Shown: positions 49,159 through 61,829, counted from the first letter of the whole stretch. The stretch: 63,103 bases of DNA, filler included, from Reticulomyxa filosa (GCA_000512085.1; 23 parts of 23 records of this genome joined end to end with filler, not necessarily neighbours in it); one strand, 5' to 3'. Numbers and translations: made by a program. Notes: generated by a model not told the origin, from the sequence alone.

Positions 49159-50886
49159 TGCCATTTAGGTATGGCAGTTTTTTTTGCAATCTACTGTATC
49201 ACAATCACAAAAGATAGTGACAGTGAAGATGATGCTGCAAAAGTCGCACTTTCAAGTGAGATATTTGGAAGGCCAACAAAAAGAAGAAGGAATGACATAG
49301 TAGTAATAAACGCCAGCAAAGAGACATTAAGCTATACACAAACAACCAAAGGTGGGAAAAAAAGAAAGCTTAACATTAAAAACATTACACCCAAATAAGA
49401 GGCACAAAGCGATCAGAAAATAAAAAAATGAAGAGAATAACGACAATGAGGATACAGAAAAGAAAAAGATAGTGGTGTCTATAGCGATGATAAGCAAAAT
49501 GAATCGGATAATTGGAATTTGGACTTAGATAGAGGTAATCTAAACGATGAAGAGCAAAATAATGAAGATAGTTAATACAAAAATATGTCACAATACCAAA
49601 TGGAAAATAATAAGATAATTGAAAAAATAAGATTTGAAAATGATGATTTGTGACAAAAAATTCATGGTTTTGAATAGAATTATAATCAGTTGATACAAAA
49701 CATAAATAAAAAAATCGATGACTTAAAAATACAAAATGAAAAACTAGTAAAAAAAAAAGATATTGTGAGTAGAAAGAGTTGGAGAATAAACAGAAAGATA
49801 ATAAACAGTCACAAACTAAAATAATAACGATAGTAATAATAGCGATATACATAATGACATACCAAAACGAAAAATGAAAGAAAATGTGGTATTCTTTCGA
49901 TTGATCTTCAATTTGTATATCAATTTGGAGACTTGAACAAAATGCTTGAAGATAAAGGAATATCAAGAAAAGACTTTGGCTGAATTAGATTAAGAATATA
50001 TGCACACAGAAATAGAAAGTTAATGATTGTAGAAGTCAAAGACAAACACACAGCAACGAATATAATAAATATAATGAGTAAAGAGATCCAGGATGAAAAG
50101 ATAAAATGAATGACATGTGTGAATTTATATACAAAAGACAAACAAAAGGAGTTGCGACGAAAGAGAATTTTTCATAATGATATGTGATAATTTGTTAACA
50201 GTACGTAGAGAAATAAGGAGCAAACCAACATACTCCATCCAAATTGGTATAATAATAACAATAATTTGAGACATAATAATTTGATAAGTACAGTAGGTGA
50301 AAGGATATAGATAAAACAATCAACAACATCGATATAAATATACAAATGATAGAATAGAGTACAATATTATATACACAAAAAATAAAAACAACTTCTATAA
50401 CTTGATAAAAAAGCTAAAATAAAAAAAATAATTGATACTATACGATTATTCTGGTAAATTTCTACACCAAGATTGAAAAAATGCAACATACTAGGTTATT
50501 ATCAAAAACCTATTTAAGAACATAAAACAAAATATTAAATAGTAAAAAGATATGGTAATCAATCTTGATCTCGTACATTTGTGTAGAAAATAACATTGAA
50601 CAATAAGTTGTTGAATCGTAATCAATTGATGCAAACATATAACTATTAAACAATAAGACGTGTTCATAGATTGCATCTTAAACGAATTGATAAAGGTATT
50701 GGCAAGTAGCAACATAAATCAAATGACAAAATTAATCAACTATTATGCAAAAATTATATATCTGATAAGTTATTATACTCAAAAATGACAAGCATTCCCA
50801 AAAACGAGCTAGCTAACAAATGTAAAGATACCGCTGAAATAATATCAAATCATAAATTATTTAATTACTAAACAAAATGTCTATGA
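49159..50886 (+). mobile_element. Heavily decayed non-LTR retrotransposon relic
   Basis: Strongly A/purine-biased strand with broken K/E/N-rich frames. Around 50435-50510 it reads DYSGKF/YTKIEKMQH/ILGYYQK, like the post-RT motif DYG...KLE..Q....R.ILG. Ends in a tandem-repeat tail. Confidence 0.45.
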
Positions 50887-50992
50887 CTAAAAAAAGTTCA
50901 TTCTAATCTAATCTAAAAAAAGTTCATTCTAATCTAAAAAAAGTTCATTCTAATCTAAAAAAAGTTCAATCTAAAAAAAGTTCAATCTAAAA
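50887..50992 (+). repeat. Tandem repeat CTAAAAAAAGTTCA(TTCT)AAT
   Basis: Three 21-bp units and two 16-bp units, cut by the contig end. Confidence 0.9.
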
Positions 50993-52838
50993 NNNNNNNN
51001 NNNNNNNNNNNNNNNNNNNNNNNNNNNNNNNNNNNNTTAATTAATTAANNNNNNNNNNNNNNNNNNNNNNNNNNNNNNNNNNNNNNNNNNNNCTATCGGA
51101 CAATTGCGCATATCTTGGCGATCTGTATGATATATAATTTTTTATTTTTTTTTGAAAAAAAAAGTAAAAAAAAAAAACAACTTAACATTGCAGAATTTGA
51201 TAACACTTGCAACACATCAGTCGAAGTTGTGCAAATCGATGATAAGCGTCGGTCAGCGATACGTTGCAATGGCAAATTTGCTGCGACAATAGACAGTATT
51301 TGCAGCTGAGTCCTGCGCTCGCGTCGATTCGATGGTGGTGTCGTCATCACTTCCACTTCGTCATTTGTAAGTGCACTATTGTTTTTGCTATTTATTTATT
51401 TTTTTAAATCTATTTTGAATCAAATTCATCATGTATACAATACATACTCTTCCTTGTTATCTCTGATATACGTAAACGTAGCCTTTTTTTTTTTAATGAA
51501 CATTTTTTTTTCCTTTATTCACTGTTAGTTACCTGCATAATGTTGATTTGAAGGCCAATTCATAAAACGTCGATGAGATTGTCAACGTAGATGGGAACAT
51601 ATTTATGGACTACATTTTGTTATGTGGGCTCTTATTGGACTTCTTTGGATTGATTGGTAGCATGTTCCGGGGAATAAGTATATTTTCGTTCTTTGATGGT
51701 ATTAACTTATTGAAAATTTGCACCAAGAATATGGTTGTCAAGCCATTGGTTTGTAAACATTGCTCACGTTTCCATGTTATAAATTCTACACTTGGCTGAT
51801 AGAGTTGTTCCTTGATGTTGTAAATACATTTATATTGTCGTGATGACACAAACGTGTTTGTCCGCTCCAAGCTGAATTGCACAGTTTCATTTTTTCTACT
51901 ACACCACCGTGAACACATTTAATAAAAGTGGAATCACCAACGCCAAGGTGGATTTCACGCTGCTGCCAACACTAAAAGTCTCCACTCAATTTTTTTTTGC
52001 TCAGTTTGCCCCCTCCGTTCCTACTGGACACGCCGAACAGAAGGATATCAAATGGGCAATAAAGCTACTTTAAGAAAAATTTTGTGGCAAATGATTTGTA
52101 GCAATGCCGAGTTAATTGGAAAATGCAATTTGTTTTATATACATTCATAATCGCTAACACATAAAAAAAGTTGGTCATTTCAAAACTCTTTTCAAGCTAA
52201 TCTCAGCCTGCTCAAATAAAAAGGCTAACAGATAAAAACAAAAATAATCTTCAATCAAAAAACAAAAAATGGAAAAAGCAGAACCACAGTAAATTTCAAC
52301 AAAAAAAAGAACAAGTGTTTCGTAGCTGCCGGGCATGGAAAAATGCTTTATCTTTCATACGATCAAGCTTGTAATGTATATCGTGGAGATTGCATCATTG
52401 TCTGGTCATGTAATGCAATGACGAGATATTAACAAAACCTTTGCATTCGTTCGCTATGTCAATGCCATTAAAATACAAAATTACATATGGTGCACAACAT
52501 ACAATTCTTGACTTTGTTTTTGTTTGAAATTTGGAGAAATCAAAATAAATGTGCCGCCACTCCAATAAGAAAATAAGCAGTCTTTTCTCTCTTTTGCATT
52601 CCTCTACGAAGAGTGCAAGAGCATGATATTCAAATACNNNNNNNNNNNNNNNNNNNNNNNNNNNNNNNNNNNNNNNNNNNNTTAATTAATTAANNNNNNN
52701 NNNNNNNNNNNNNNNNNNNNNNNNNNNNNNNNNNNNNATATATATATATATATATATATGTATGTATATATATATATATAACTGTATACAATACTATAAA
52801 AACACACAGCTCCATAATATCTTCAAAACAAAACTAAG

Positions 52839-53678
52839 GTGTTATCCTCCATTCACTTACTTCTTCAACATGCATCGAAAAAGCTAAAACAAAGCCTAGT
52901 CTCAACTGGCTTGCTAAACAAGAAACGTATACAAACCAATGTGCTCTTGGACCGGAAATTAGAGACGACACATCACTTTTTGCACACCTTGGAACGCTTA
53001 TACGGAGACAATGACCTGTTTCATAACTTGTTCAATCGTGTGTTTCTTCCCTATTCCAATGACTCGACAAACCAGGGTTGTTTGATCCCTCATCAATTCC
53101 ATAGCTTTGTGTACGATATCGCCACAATGATTGGTAGCGCTTGTCTTGTCTCGGCAGGGACACAGTCATCGGCCGACTGTCGATATCATCATCGCAATAA
53201 TAACAGTGCCATCTTTTATTTGTTTCACTTTGTCATCGTTGCCAATTATGCTTTTTGGAAAACGTATCCTTTGGCGTACGTTCACCACATTTGTCCATCT
53301 CAAAAAAATTGGCCCCAGGTCACATCTATGTTGATGAACACTCCCACCTGGATCATTTGCCAAGTCCGAGAAGCCATTGCTTTCTCCTTGGGGTGCCAGC
53401 AATTCCAATTGGATCATGAGACCACGTTTGAGTTCATCTTGTTTTGGCTCCACCAAATCAAGTCTCAAAACAAAAACAAGTCCATCCCACTCATCATCCA
53501 CGAGTGGAGTTCTTCCAATATCTTTGCTGAATTTTCACACTTACACATTTTGATGGCAAGTCCACCACAAACTATTTCATTGAATGCAAGATCCACTTCC
53601 TCAAAAAGTTGGAAACTGGGTTGCTCGACCAGAAAAGATTTGAAATCTGCCAAAAAAATTGTCTTTCACAAATACTAG
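52839..53678 (+). CDS. Hypothetical protein, last exon
   Basis: 279-codon ORF after a (TA)n intron remnant. Coding-like composition, no recognised domain. Confidence 0.55.
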   Translation: MLSSIHLLLQHASKKLKQSLVSTGLLNKKRIQTNVLLDRKLETTHHFLHTLERLYGDNDLFHNLFNRVFLPYSNDSTNQGCLIPHQFHSFVYDIATMIGSACLVSAGTQSSADCRYHHRNNNSAIFYLFHFVIVANYAFWKTYPLAYVHHICPSQKNWPQVTSMLMNTPTWIICQVREAIAFSLGCQQFQLDHETTFEFILFWLHQIKSQNKNKSIPLIIHEWSSSNIFAEFSHLHILMASPPQTISLNARSTSSKSWKLGCSTRKDLKSAKKIVFHKY

Positions 53679-53990
53679 GAAATGGATTTATTAATTTTTT
53701 TTTTTGGAATTTTAATTCAAAATTTTGTTGTGCGAAAAATATTGTTCCTGGACCGTTCTTTGTTCCTTTTTTTCCTCTTCTCTCCTCCTTCTCCTTTTGT
53801 TTCTCCTCTTGAGGTTTATCTTCTACGGTGTACAAAGGACTTTTCAGCCCAAAAAAAAAACGTTCTGGGAAAAAACCCACCCCCAGGACTCCAATCGTTG
53901 CTTGACAATCGTGACATTAGAAAAAGTACAATTAAATTTAATTGGGAAAAAAAAAACAGAACAAGACAAAAAAAAACCCATTGGTCAATT

Positions 53991-55072
53991 TCATCGATGT
54001 TGCTTATTTCCTCTGGACATTCTTGTGAACAGCAAATCAGTTGCTACCTCTAAGTTTCCATTAGCAGTGGCCAATATTTGTGCGGCTTCTTGTCTAGTGC
54101 AACTGAAATTTCTCATTAACGTAGCTACATCCTCGTGTCGCGAGTAATCCCTTCTTTGTTCTTTGGTTTCAATAGGATTTTTCATGACAAACAATTTTTG
54201 ATCGAATAAGGATTGATCCCTATTTTTGCAACATTGAGGGTCGTTCTGTTTTTCCCACATACGCATACACACACAAAAAAAAAAGAGAGTTTCCCCATTT
54301 GCATTTCAACGATAAGAATTTATATTGATTTGCACAAAACAAAAGTCCTTAACTTTTTCTTTCAGAAAAGAGACCTCTTGGGCATTGATTCGTAGTACAT
54401 TTTTTTTTAGATCAATAACCGCTTGATGTTTTCGTAGCATATCGAATCCAAATAAAAACTCGGTTTTGGAGTCTTTCATTATCATCAACGAACAACATAA
54501 GAAAATATCGCCTACCGAAAAAACAATACAAAATTTCCAAGAGTTTTCCAAAAAGAACGAAATAAAACAAAACAAAACATGACACACATACAAGCAAATA
54601 GTTAGTGACCAAATTTAAGCTTGGCTGCGTGCACTCTTCCAACAATAGTACTGGCTCCATTCTTTTTAGCAAATCGTGTATCCATCAATTTCAATAATCT
54701 AACAAATTTTTTTTTCCCGTTGTTTATTTTCATTTTTTTAATAAAGAGAGGTAAAAATAACATTTTTGAAAAACAGCCTAGATTTATTTCTAACCCACAT
54801 TTTTCAGCAGTTTTTGCGGACATAACGGTCGTTTGCGCACTGCTGTCGATCAATGCATGAAGAAGAACACTCTCCACTTCCATTGGGACATACAACATTT
54901 CCACAGCATCAAAGGACTCTTGAATATCGTTAAGTTCCATTTCATTTGTTGGATTTATATTGACTTTCTCACTTTTTAATTCACTTTCGTTTTGATTAAG
55001 CATTTTCAATAGTGCTTCTTCAGTAAACATTTCTTGCAGCTGTGTGCTGTCGTTTGAAGATAATGTGCTCAT
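53991..55072 (-). CDS. DDI1-like retroviral-type aspartyl protease with C-terminal UBA, divergent
   Basis: MLYVPMEV...ALIDSSAQTTVMS...AEKCG/LLKLMDTRF...IVGRVH, FLFGFDMLRKHQAVIDLKKNVLRI, and UBA DVATLMRNFSCTRQEAAQILATANGNLEVATDLLF. Three introns; no UBL domain seen. Confidence 0.85.
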
Positions 55073-55952
55073 AGGAGTTGAATATTTCTATTTTATTGAT
55101 ATTTTAGTATTGTGCAATGTTTAGCACTTTGCCATTCCTGCATCCGTGTTTTCTTCTACACGCTAAAACAAAAAAGACAGACGACACGATTAAATCATCA
55201 GTTTAGACTGCGGTCAAAGTCTAAGTTGAAGTCTGAATTAAATTTATTGTAAGAGATAATCACTACCAATTTATTAAAAGAATAACTATTAATGCCAGAG
55301 GATTGTTCAAGCGTTTTTTGCTTTCCCCTTCACGTTAAAAAAAATCACAATTTTTAAACCATTTGATCAATGTTTTAAAGTTTCTTCCATTGTCAAAAAA
55401 ATCGAAAAATTGGATTTATTACAAATCATATCATACTTCTTTTTAAAAGTGTAAGGATCAGCTTATAGAGAAAAGTAATACACACAAACACAACAGCCAC
55501 CTTTATAGTCTTGCTCAGAGTTATTTGTTTCTTTTTACAACAACTGAAAATATCATCGCTGAATACAGATTATTCATACCATTATTTAAAAAGATTTACT
55601 TTATTCAAAAAAGTAACATATACACTCTCAAATGCAAATTCACAAGTATATACACGTAAATATGCATAAAATAAAAATAATTGAAAAAACATTAATTTTT
55701 TTCTTTGATGTTTTGAGATTGCATTGCTTGTCTAATTTGTTATGCCTAAACTCATTACAAAGCTATTTTCTTCTTTTTTCAAATAAAAAATGAAAAGTAT
55801 AATGTACATAAGATGACAATGGTATGTACGTTCATTTCGTTTTATATACATATATCGAAAAAATATGAAAAAAAAACCAACATAAAGTTCTCTTGGCTCC
55901 AGAAATAATGTTTCTAAATCACCAACAATAAATTTAATTTTTTGAAATATAA

Positions 55953-56010
55953 ATATATATTGGTGGTCACGAAAAATTAAACATAAATCACACTTTTTAA
56001 AAATCATTAT
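55953..56010 (+). mobile_element. Degenerate Tc1/mariner-like terminus
   Basis: ATATATATTGGTGGTCACGAAAAATTAAACATAAATCACACTTTTTAAAAAT resembles 2595-2645. Confidence 0.45.
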
Positions 56011-57099
56011 CGGGTTTATAATTATTTTGTTTGTTGTTATTATGATCGTTGTTATAATTTTTTCTTACTATACTACAGTAGAATGCAAAATAAAGTTGAC
56101 ACATAAAACGGCACATTATAGAGATGATTGATTTTCTTCATGGAAAAGCAACATTCAGACTTAATTTTTTAAAAATACATAAATAGTGTATTTTTTAAAT
56201 ATCATTTTGGTTTTTTATTACATAGTACTAAATGCATATATTTGTAAAAAAAATTAGTCTTATATCGTATTCACTCCAGTATTGATTTTATTAAGTTTGT
56301 GAATGTCATTTATTATCTTTTTCACAATCTAATTCAAATCGTTTACAAAGTTTTTCTTTTGATCTGAATGGTTAATTTTTGTATATTTTGTTTTCAATAT
56401 CTACAACATATTTTCGATTGTGTTCATGTCTGTAGAATTTGGAGGGAAATACAATACTTTGGAAGTATTTTATTTAGAACATTATTTTACTGTAATTGCT
56501 ATATGACCAGTGACATTATCTTGCTGAAATATCAAATTATAATTATATTCTAAACATCAATAAATGCTTTTGATCATTTTATCACATATAATTTCTTTGT
56601 AAATATCTGAATTGACACATCAATCAATTTTACTTGCATAACCAGACCATAACACTCCAAAGCAAGAACACACGAAATTCGTTCTGATACTTTTAACGAA
56701 CGCAATTTTCTTGGCTTCTTATTAATAAGTTTTTCAGTCTTTAATGTCAGCTAACATATTTATGACTTACACAAATTTTTTGCAACTCTGCGCAAATTCC
56801 AGCACTGATTCAACATCTTAACAGCACGACATCTGTTAAAATTTTCAACTCATTTAGTCATTTTCCAAAATAAAATAAAAATGATTAAAAAACTCAAATA
56901 TCTAAATATACTGAACTAAAAAAATAAAAATATTGAAATAATTTGTAAATATGTAATAAAAAACCAAAATGATATTTAAAAACACGATTTGTAGTATTTT
57001 TTTAAATAAAAAAAATTAGGTCTGAATGTTGTTTTTTCATGAAGAAAATCAATCATCTATATAAGGTGACGTTTTATGTGTCAACTTTATTTTGCACTT

Positions 57100-57780
57100 T
57101 ACTGTATTAAATAAAGAATTAAGAAAATGTAAGTCAGAAAAAGAAGAAATGTCAAGATTCAAAGAACTAATCTGGATAAATAGCAGAAAGAGAAAAGAAT
57201 TAATAAATAAAATCAACAAAAATAATGATTTCACATGATTTGTAATGCCAAAGAAAGTAATGCTACAAAGGTACTCACATCCAAAAAATAGAGAAAACAA
57301 AGAGTGGATACAATCAGATATCGCTTGCTTATTTTTTCAGATAGCAAACTTATATACAAAAAAGAAATCGAAAATGTAAATGATGAATTTATAAAATGTG
57401 GATATAGAAAAGAAACAGTAAACAAAGCATTCGAATATATTGACATAAATAATAAAAAATATGCTGAGAAGAAAAGAATTGCTAAAGAAAGGAGAATATA
57501 ATGGATCGATATGGCCAAAATTGCAATTCTATAAAACATAACAGATGAAATTAAAATAATAAATGAGGAAGAAGACCTGGAGAAAATAAACAAAAAGATC
57601 AAAATAACAAATAAAGCGGTAGTTAATACTTATAGAACTATAAGTACTATAAGCGCAAGTGACAAAAGTTAAAAGTTCAGAACTTAACTCTTAAAAAAGC
57701 AAATGAAATAAAGAATAAATGAAAATATGAGTAAAATTAAAGAAAATAAAGAAATAATCGAAAATCAAAAATAAAAAATC
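57100..57780 (+). mobile_element. Decayed Penelope-like retroelement fragment (post-RT region)
   Basis: MLQRYSHPKN.../DTIRYRLLIFSDSKLIYKKEIENVNDEFIKCGYRKETVNKAF resembles the Penelope pattern YL...S.HP...R...ICS....F..E...L...F...GY....I.KA. A-rich, with stops. Confidence 0.5.
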
Positions 57781-58574
57781 TAAAGTAGACTAATCTACAA
57801 ATGATATATTAAAAAAAACATAGTTGCGAAATTGCTTTAATTAACGTTTTTCATTTTTTATTGTTTTAGAAATTAATCGTAAACTCAAACAGAAATAGTA
57901 GTATTTATTGACTTGGCTAAGTCTTCATATGAAGAAAACATAGTTAATATTTGATCAGAAAATATGGTACAAAAAGAGCTACGTGTCAGACTTGAAAATT
58001 AAATTAAGACTCTAAGATAGAAAATCTGGAAAATGTGTAGCAGCAGAATTTATAATTGTGTATTTTATGATAAGTTTCATTCTTAACAAGTAGTTTCTCT
58101 TCAGATTTTTCTAATTCGTAATTGATACTTGGAATAAGAAATAATGATAGTCCAAATATGCTTATTCTCTTTTCTAAATAAAATTTATAGTCCAAGAATT
58201 AAAGAAAGCTTATGGTTTGCCAATGTGGCAATCAAATTATTTGATGAAGATGACAACGATAGTGTTGAATTTTGATTAATTACTTGCAAATAATGCAACT
58301 TATATATATATAACATTTTTTTATGAACTATTCGATGTTGTGGTGAGTGTGTAGCAATCGGCCGACACTTGGCTTGTGACCGTTGGAGAAGGATGAATTT
58401 TTCATTTAGAAAACCCTCTCATTATAAATGTCCATTGCGTCAAATCTGAATAGTGGACCTTTCTTCATACATGTTGTGGTTAGCCCAACTTCTTTTGTTG
58501 AATCTTGCTCTGTACTTTTTCCGTGTCATTTTATATTTTCCACTTATTTTTCAAAAAAAAAAAGAAACATCCAG

Positions 58575-59272
58575 GACTGTTTTGGACAATCGAAAGAGGA
58601 AGTAAAAAAATTGGTGCGTCGTTAATTCAGCAACAATTACAATCCGATGCTATAGACACAAGCAAATTGAAAACAGCAGAAGATACAGATCAGCAAAGAA
58701 CAACACTAATGTTTCCGGCCAATGACACATCAGACGTGCTCAGCCCTCCAAAAAAACATAAGCGTGTGAAAATCAAAAAAACAAAGAAATTGTCATCTGA
58801 CACATCTCAACAATTTAAATTATATCCCGTACAAAATGGAGTATATTATCGAATCAAATGTGTGAACAGTGGGTTATTTTTAGAATCTAAAAGTAACACA
58901 GGCAAAGCAAATATTGTACAAAATCGACAAAATAAAACTGACAATCAATTATGGCAATTTCAAACACTTCCGGATGGGAGTTATCGAATAAAAAATAAAT
59001 ACAGTAACAAATATTTATGTGTGTTTCGAGGTTTTAATAACAAAGTTATTAAAACTGAAGGATCGCCTATTGTTCAACAAGAATGGCAAAATAAATGCCA
59101 TTTTCAATTTCGGCTTATTTCTGTTACACACAAGTCTGTCACTCGTAAAGAACGTCATATCACTGATGATGATGTTGAGGGTCATAGTGGTGTTATCGTT
59201 GCTCTTGTTGGGGTTGTTGTTGCTAGTGCCGCTTTCTTTTATTACAGAAGATCTCGACAAAAAGAAACCTAA
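58575..59272 (+). CDS. Ricin-B (beta-trefoil) lectin-domain protein with C-terminal transmembrane anchor
   Basis: GVYYRIKCVNSGLFLE...ANIVQ...DNQLWQF...DGSYRIKNKYSNKYLCV...GSPIVQ (QxW repeats). TM segment GVIVALVGVVVASAAFFYY followed by RRSRQKET. 5' exons unresolved. Confidence 0.75.
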
Positions 59273-60104
59273 TCTTCAAAAAAAAATCTCAATTTTTGTG
59301 TGTTTCGGATATCTTGTAGTAATGGCAAAAAAAAAATGTGGGGTAAAATTTATGACATTTCTTCTTCTTTGTAATATGTATACTCTTTTGGGCTTTTTTT
59401 CGCAAATTTAATTAATTCTACGATACATTTTCTCCATACTTTTTTCCGCTCTTGTATTATCTTTGTTTTTATTCTCTCCTTTCAAATCTGGTAAATCGTG
59501 TTTAAAGCATTTTTGATTACTTTGAACTAAAATTATCTTCAAATTTCAAATTAATTACAAAGCATTGAAATCGATATATTTAATTGTTGCTTTAACAATT
59601 CTACTTTTCATTTACGCTCAAGTTTATAATTAATTTGAAATTTCATTGACAGCAATGGTTAGCCATTGTGTTTTCATCTTAATTGTGTGTTAAATTAAAT
59701 GAAGATTTATTGAAAATTAAGAAAATAGTTTCGTTATTTAAGAAATTGCCTGTTCTCTTTCGCTAAAGTTACTTTTTTGTATTTGTCTGTGATTAGTAGA
59801 AAATTGATTGATAAAGATGATAATTTATACATAGTCGCAATGGGTGGATATTTCATTAAATTTTGGATCTATTGTAGTGTAAAAGACGTCACAACTGGAA
59901 TTGATGTATGTTGAAAACTGGAGTAAGAAGACTCAACTTTGATCAAATTTGCAAAAAAAAAGATACATTTGAAACAATCAAGAAAAGAGAGCTAGGTAAC
60001 AAAGGAAGAAACATTTTAGCAATAATTCACCCCCGTCTTTTTGTTTTTTCTCAGTGTTCGGACCGTTAGCAGACATTATTATTCAGAATTAAAAAAAAGC
60101 AAGT

Positions 60105-60549
60105 TTATAGAATGTACTTTTCCATATTTTCTGTTTTGCAAATATCACCCAAGTGTTGTCTGACATAATCAACATCCACTACATATTCTTTGTTTCCTTG
60201 GCAAGCCTCCACATTGATATTTTCCATTACTCTGTTCATAGCATTCAAAAAATAAATAAAAATTTTTTTCATTTTTTTTTTTTTTTTGTTTAATTAAAAA
60301 AATGAAAAAAAGTAACTTTTCAATGACAGTAACCAGTCTTCGAGCGCCAATATTTTCGACTTGATCATTAACACGAACAGCAGTGTGAGCAATTTCCAAA
60401 ACGGCTTCTTTTGTGAACGTTAGCTTGCAATTTTCAGTTTTCAGCATTTCGATTTGCTGTTGGATCAAGTTGAACTCTGTCTCTGTTAAAATGCGATGCA
60501 TGTCATCCTTTGTCAACGGGGTCAGTTCAACCCGAACAGGCAACCGTCC
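60105..60549 (-). CDS. hslU: HslU (ClpY) ATPase, C-terminal part, intron-containing
   Basis: GRLPVRVELTPLTKDDMHRILTE...ENIGARRLVTVIEK | intron 60316-60232 | VMENINVEA...VDVDYVRQHLGDI...MEKYIL*, which includes the conserved C-terminal (R/K)YIL. Confidence 0.92.
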
Positions 60550-60604
60550 CTTTTTTTTTAAAAAAAAAAAAAAAAAAAAAATTTTCGAGATTATTACCCC
60601 CTTT

Positions 60605-60635
<31 letters not shown>

Positions 60636-61535
60636 NNNNNNNNNNNNNNNNNNNNNNNNNNNNNNNNNNNNNNNNNNNNTTAATTAATTAANNNNNNNNN
60701 NNNNNNNNNNNNNNNNNNNNNNNNNNNNNNNNNNNCAACCGCAAAAAAAAGACTGGTCTTGGTGCTAAGCGCATTGCCATTAATGGATCGCCCTATTTCT
60801 ACCAATTAAGAATGCGCTTAAGCGGCTGAAAAAAAATAATGTTGAATAGTGTAAAGTTGGAAGCGAGCGTTCTAGAAAATATGAACAAAAACATTAACGA
60901 TTTTTGCATGGTTTTCTACACTTTTATTGAAAATCAAAGACATTTTTAGATTTTACAGGATGTCTAGATATCATTTTAAAAAGATTTTATTTTTTATTAA
61001 TAAAATTGCAAATGTTTCATTTTAGGAGATAGATTTTTCTCTCCTTTAAAAGAAGAAAATTAAAATAATTCATGTACCTTTCAGATCTAATGTGTGGCAA
61101 TTTATTGAGCAACTTGATCACCATGTTCCATTAGAGGATAGAATTTTGAAAGAAAAAGAAGATAAACATGTCAAGGCTACTATCTGAGTTGATTTGTAAT
61201 TTTTTATTTGATTCTTGAAATTATCCCCAGCTTGCAAGATGAAAGTAATTGATTAGCTCAAATTGGATTAGTTTTACTGCGACTACGCTAAACTGGTTTT
61301 TTAAATATTAATCCAATTCTTTATTGCTGTTCAATATGACACTTTACTTTGGCATTCATTTGACCATCCAAAAATATTCAAACGGCTCTTTTACATTATT
61401 TCAATTGCGTAGTCAAATAAGAAAAGTTCAGTACTTGAACATTATCAAGAGACAGCATTGCCTTATGCTACAAATGATCAGGTAATGCTCACTGTTAAAA
61501 AATAGATCAGAAAGTTCAACAGCGGTCCCATCATA

Positions 61536-61829
61536 CAATCGACTGCAAAAAAAAAGACCCCCTAAAATACGTCATTATAAATATTTACAATTTTTTTTAT
61601 GAAAAATTAACGTTTTTAAAAATGATATCTCGACGTCATGGAGAATCTAAAAGTACCTTTGATTTTTAATAAAAATGTAGTAAATCATACAAAAATCGTT
61701 AATATTTTTTTTCATTTTTTAAAAATTCTTATGACAGTTAAAGATTCTTGCTAGTATTAAAAATAAAAAATATTACATATTTATAATGGTGTATTTTAGG
61801 GGGGTCTTTTTTTTTTTTGCGGCCGATTG
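61536..61829. mobile_element. Complete MITE (294 bp), Tc1/mariner-type, TA target duplication
   Basis: TIRs of ~55-65 bp: CAATCGACTGCAAAAAAAAAGACCCCCTAAAATACGTCATTATAAATAT versus reverse complement CAATCGGCCGC(A)nGACCCCCCTAAAATACACCATTATAAATAT. TA at 61534-61535 and 61830-61831. No ORF. Confidence 0.9.

Noticed and set aside
49159-50886. Alternative genetic code (stop reassignment) to explain the many stops
   Set aside because: Intact genes in the window end in TAA, TAG and TGA and have no internal stops. This region also has frameshifts, indicating decay.
50887-50992. Tandem array as a CRISPR array or telomere
   Set aside because: No unique spacers, irregular unit length and no G-rich telomeric unit. 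It fits a retroelement tail better.
54602-54610. Premature stop in the DDI1-like gene (KFGH*)
   Set aside because: The stop lies inside a GT-AG intron. Splicing restores KFGDIFLCCSL in frame.
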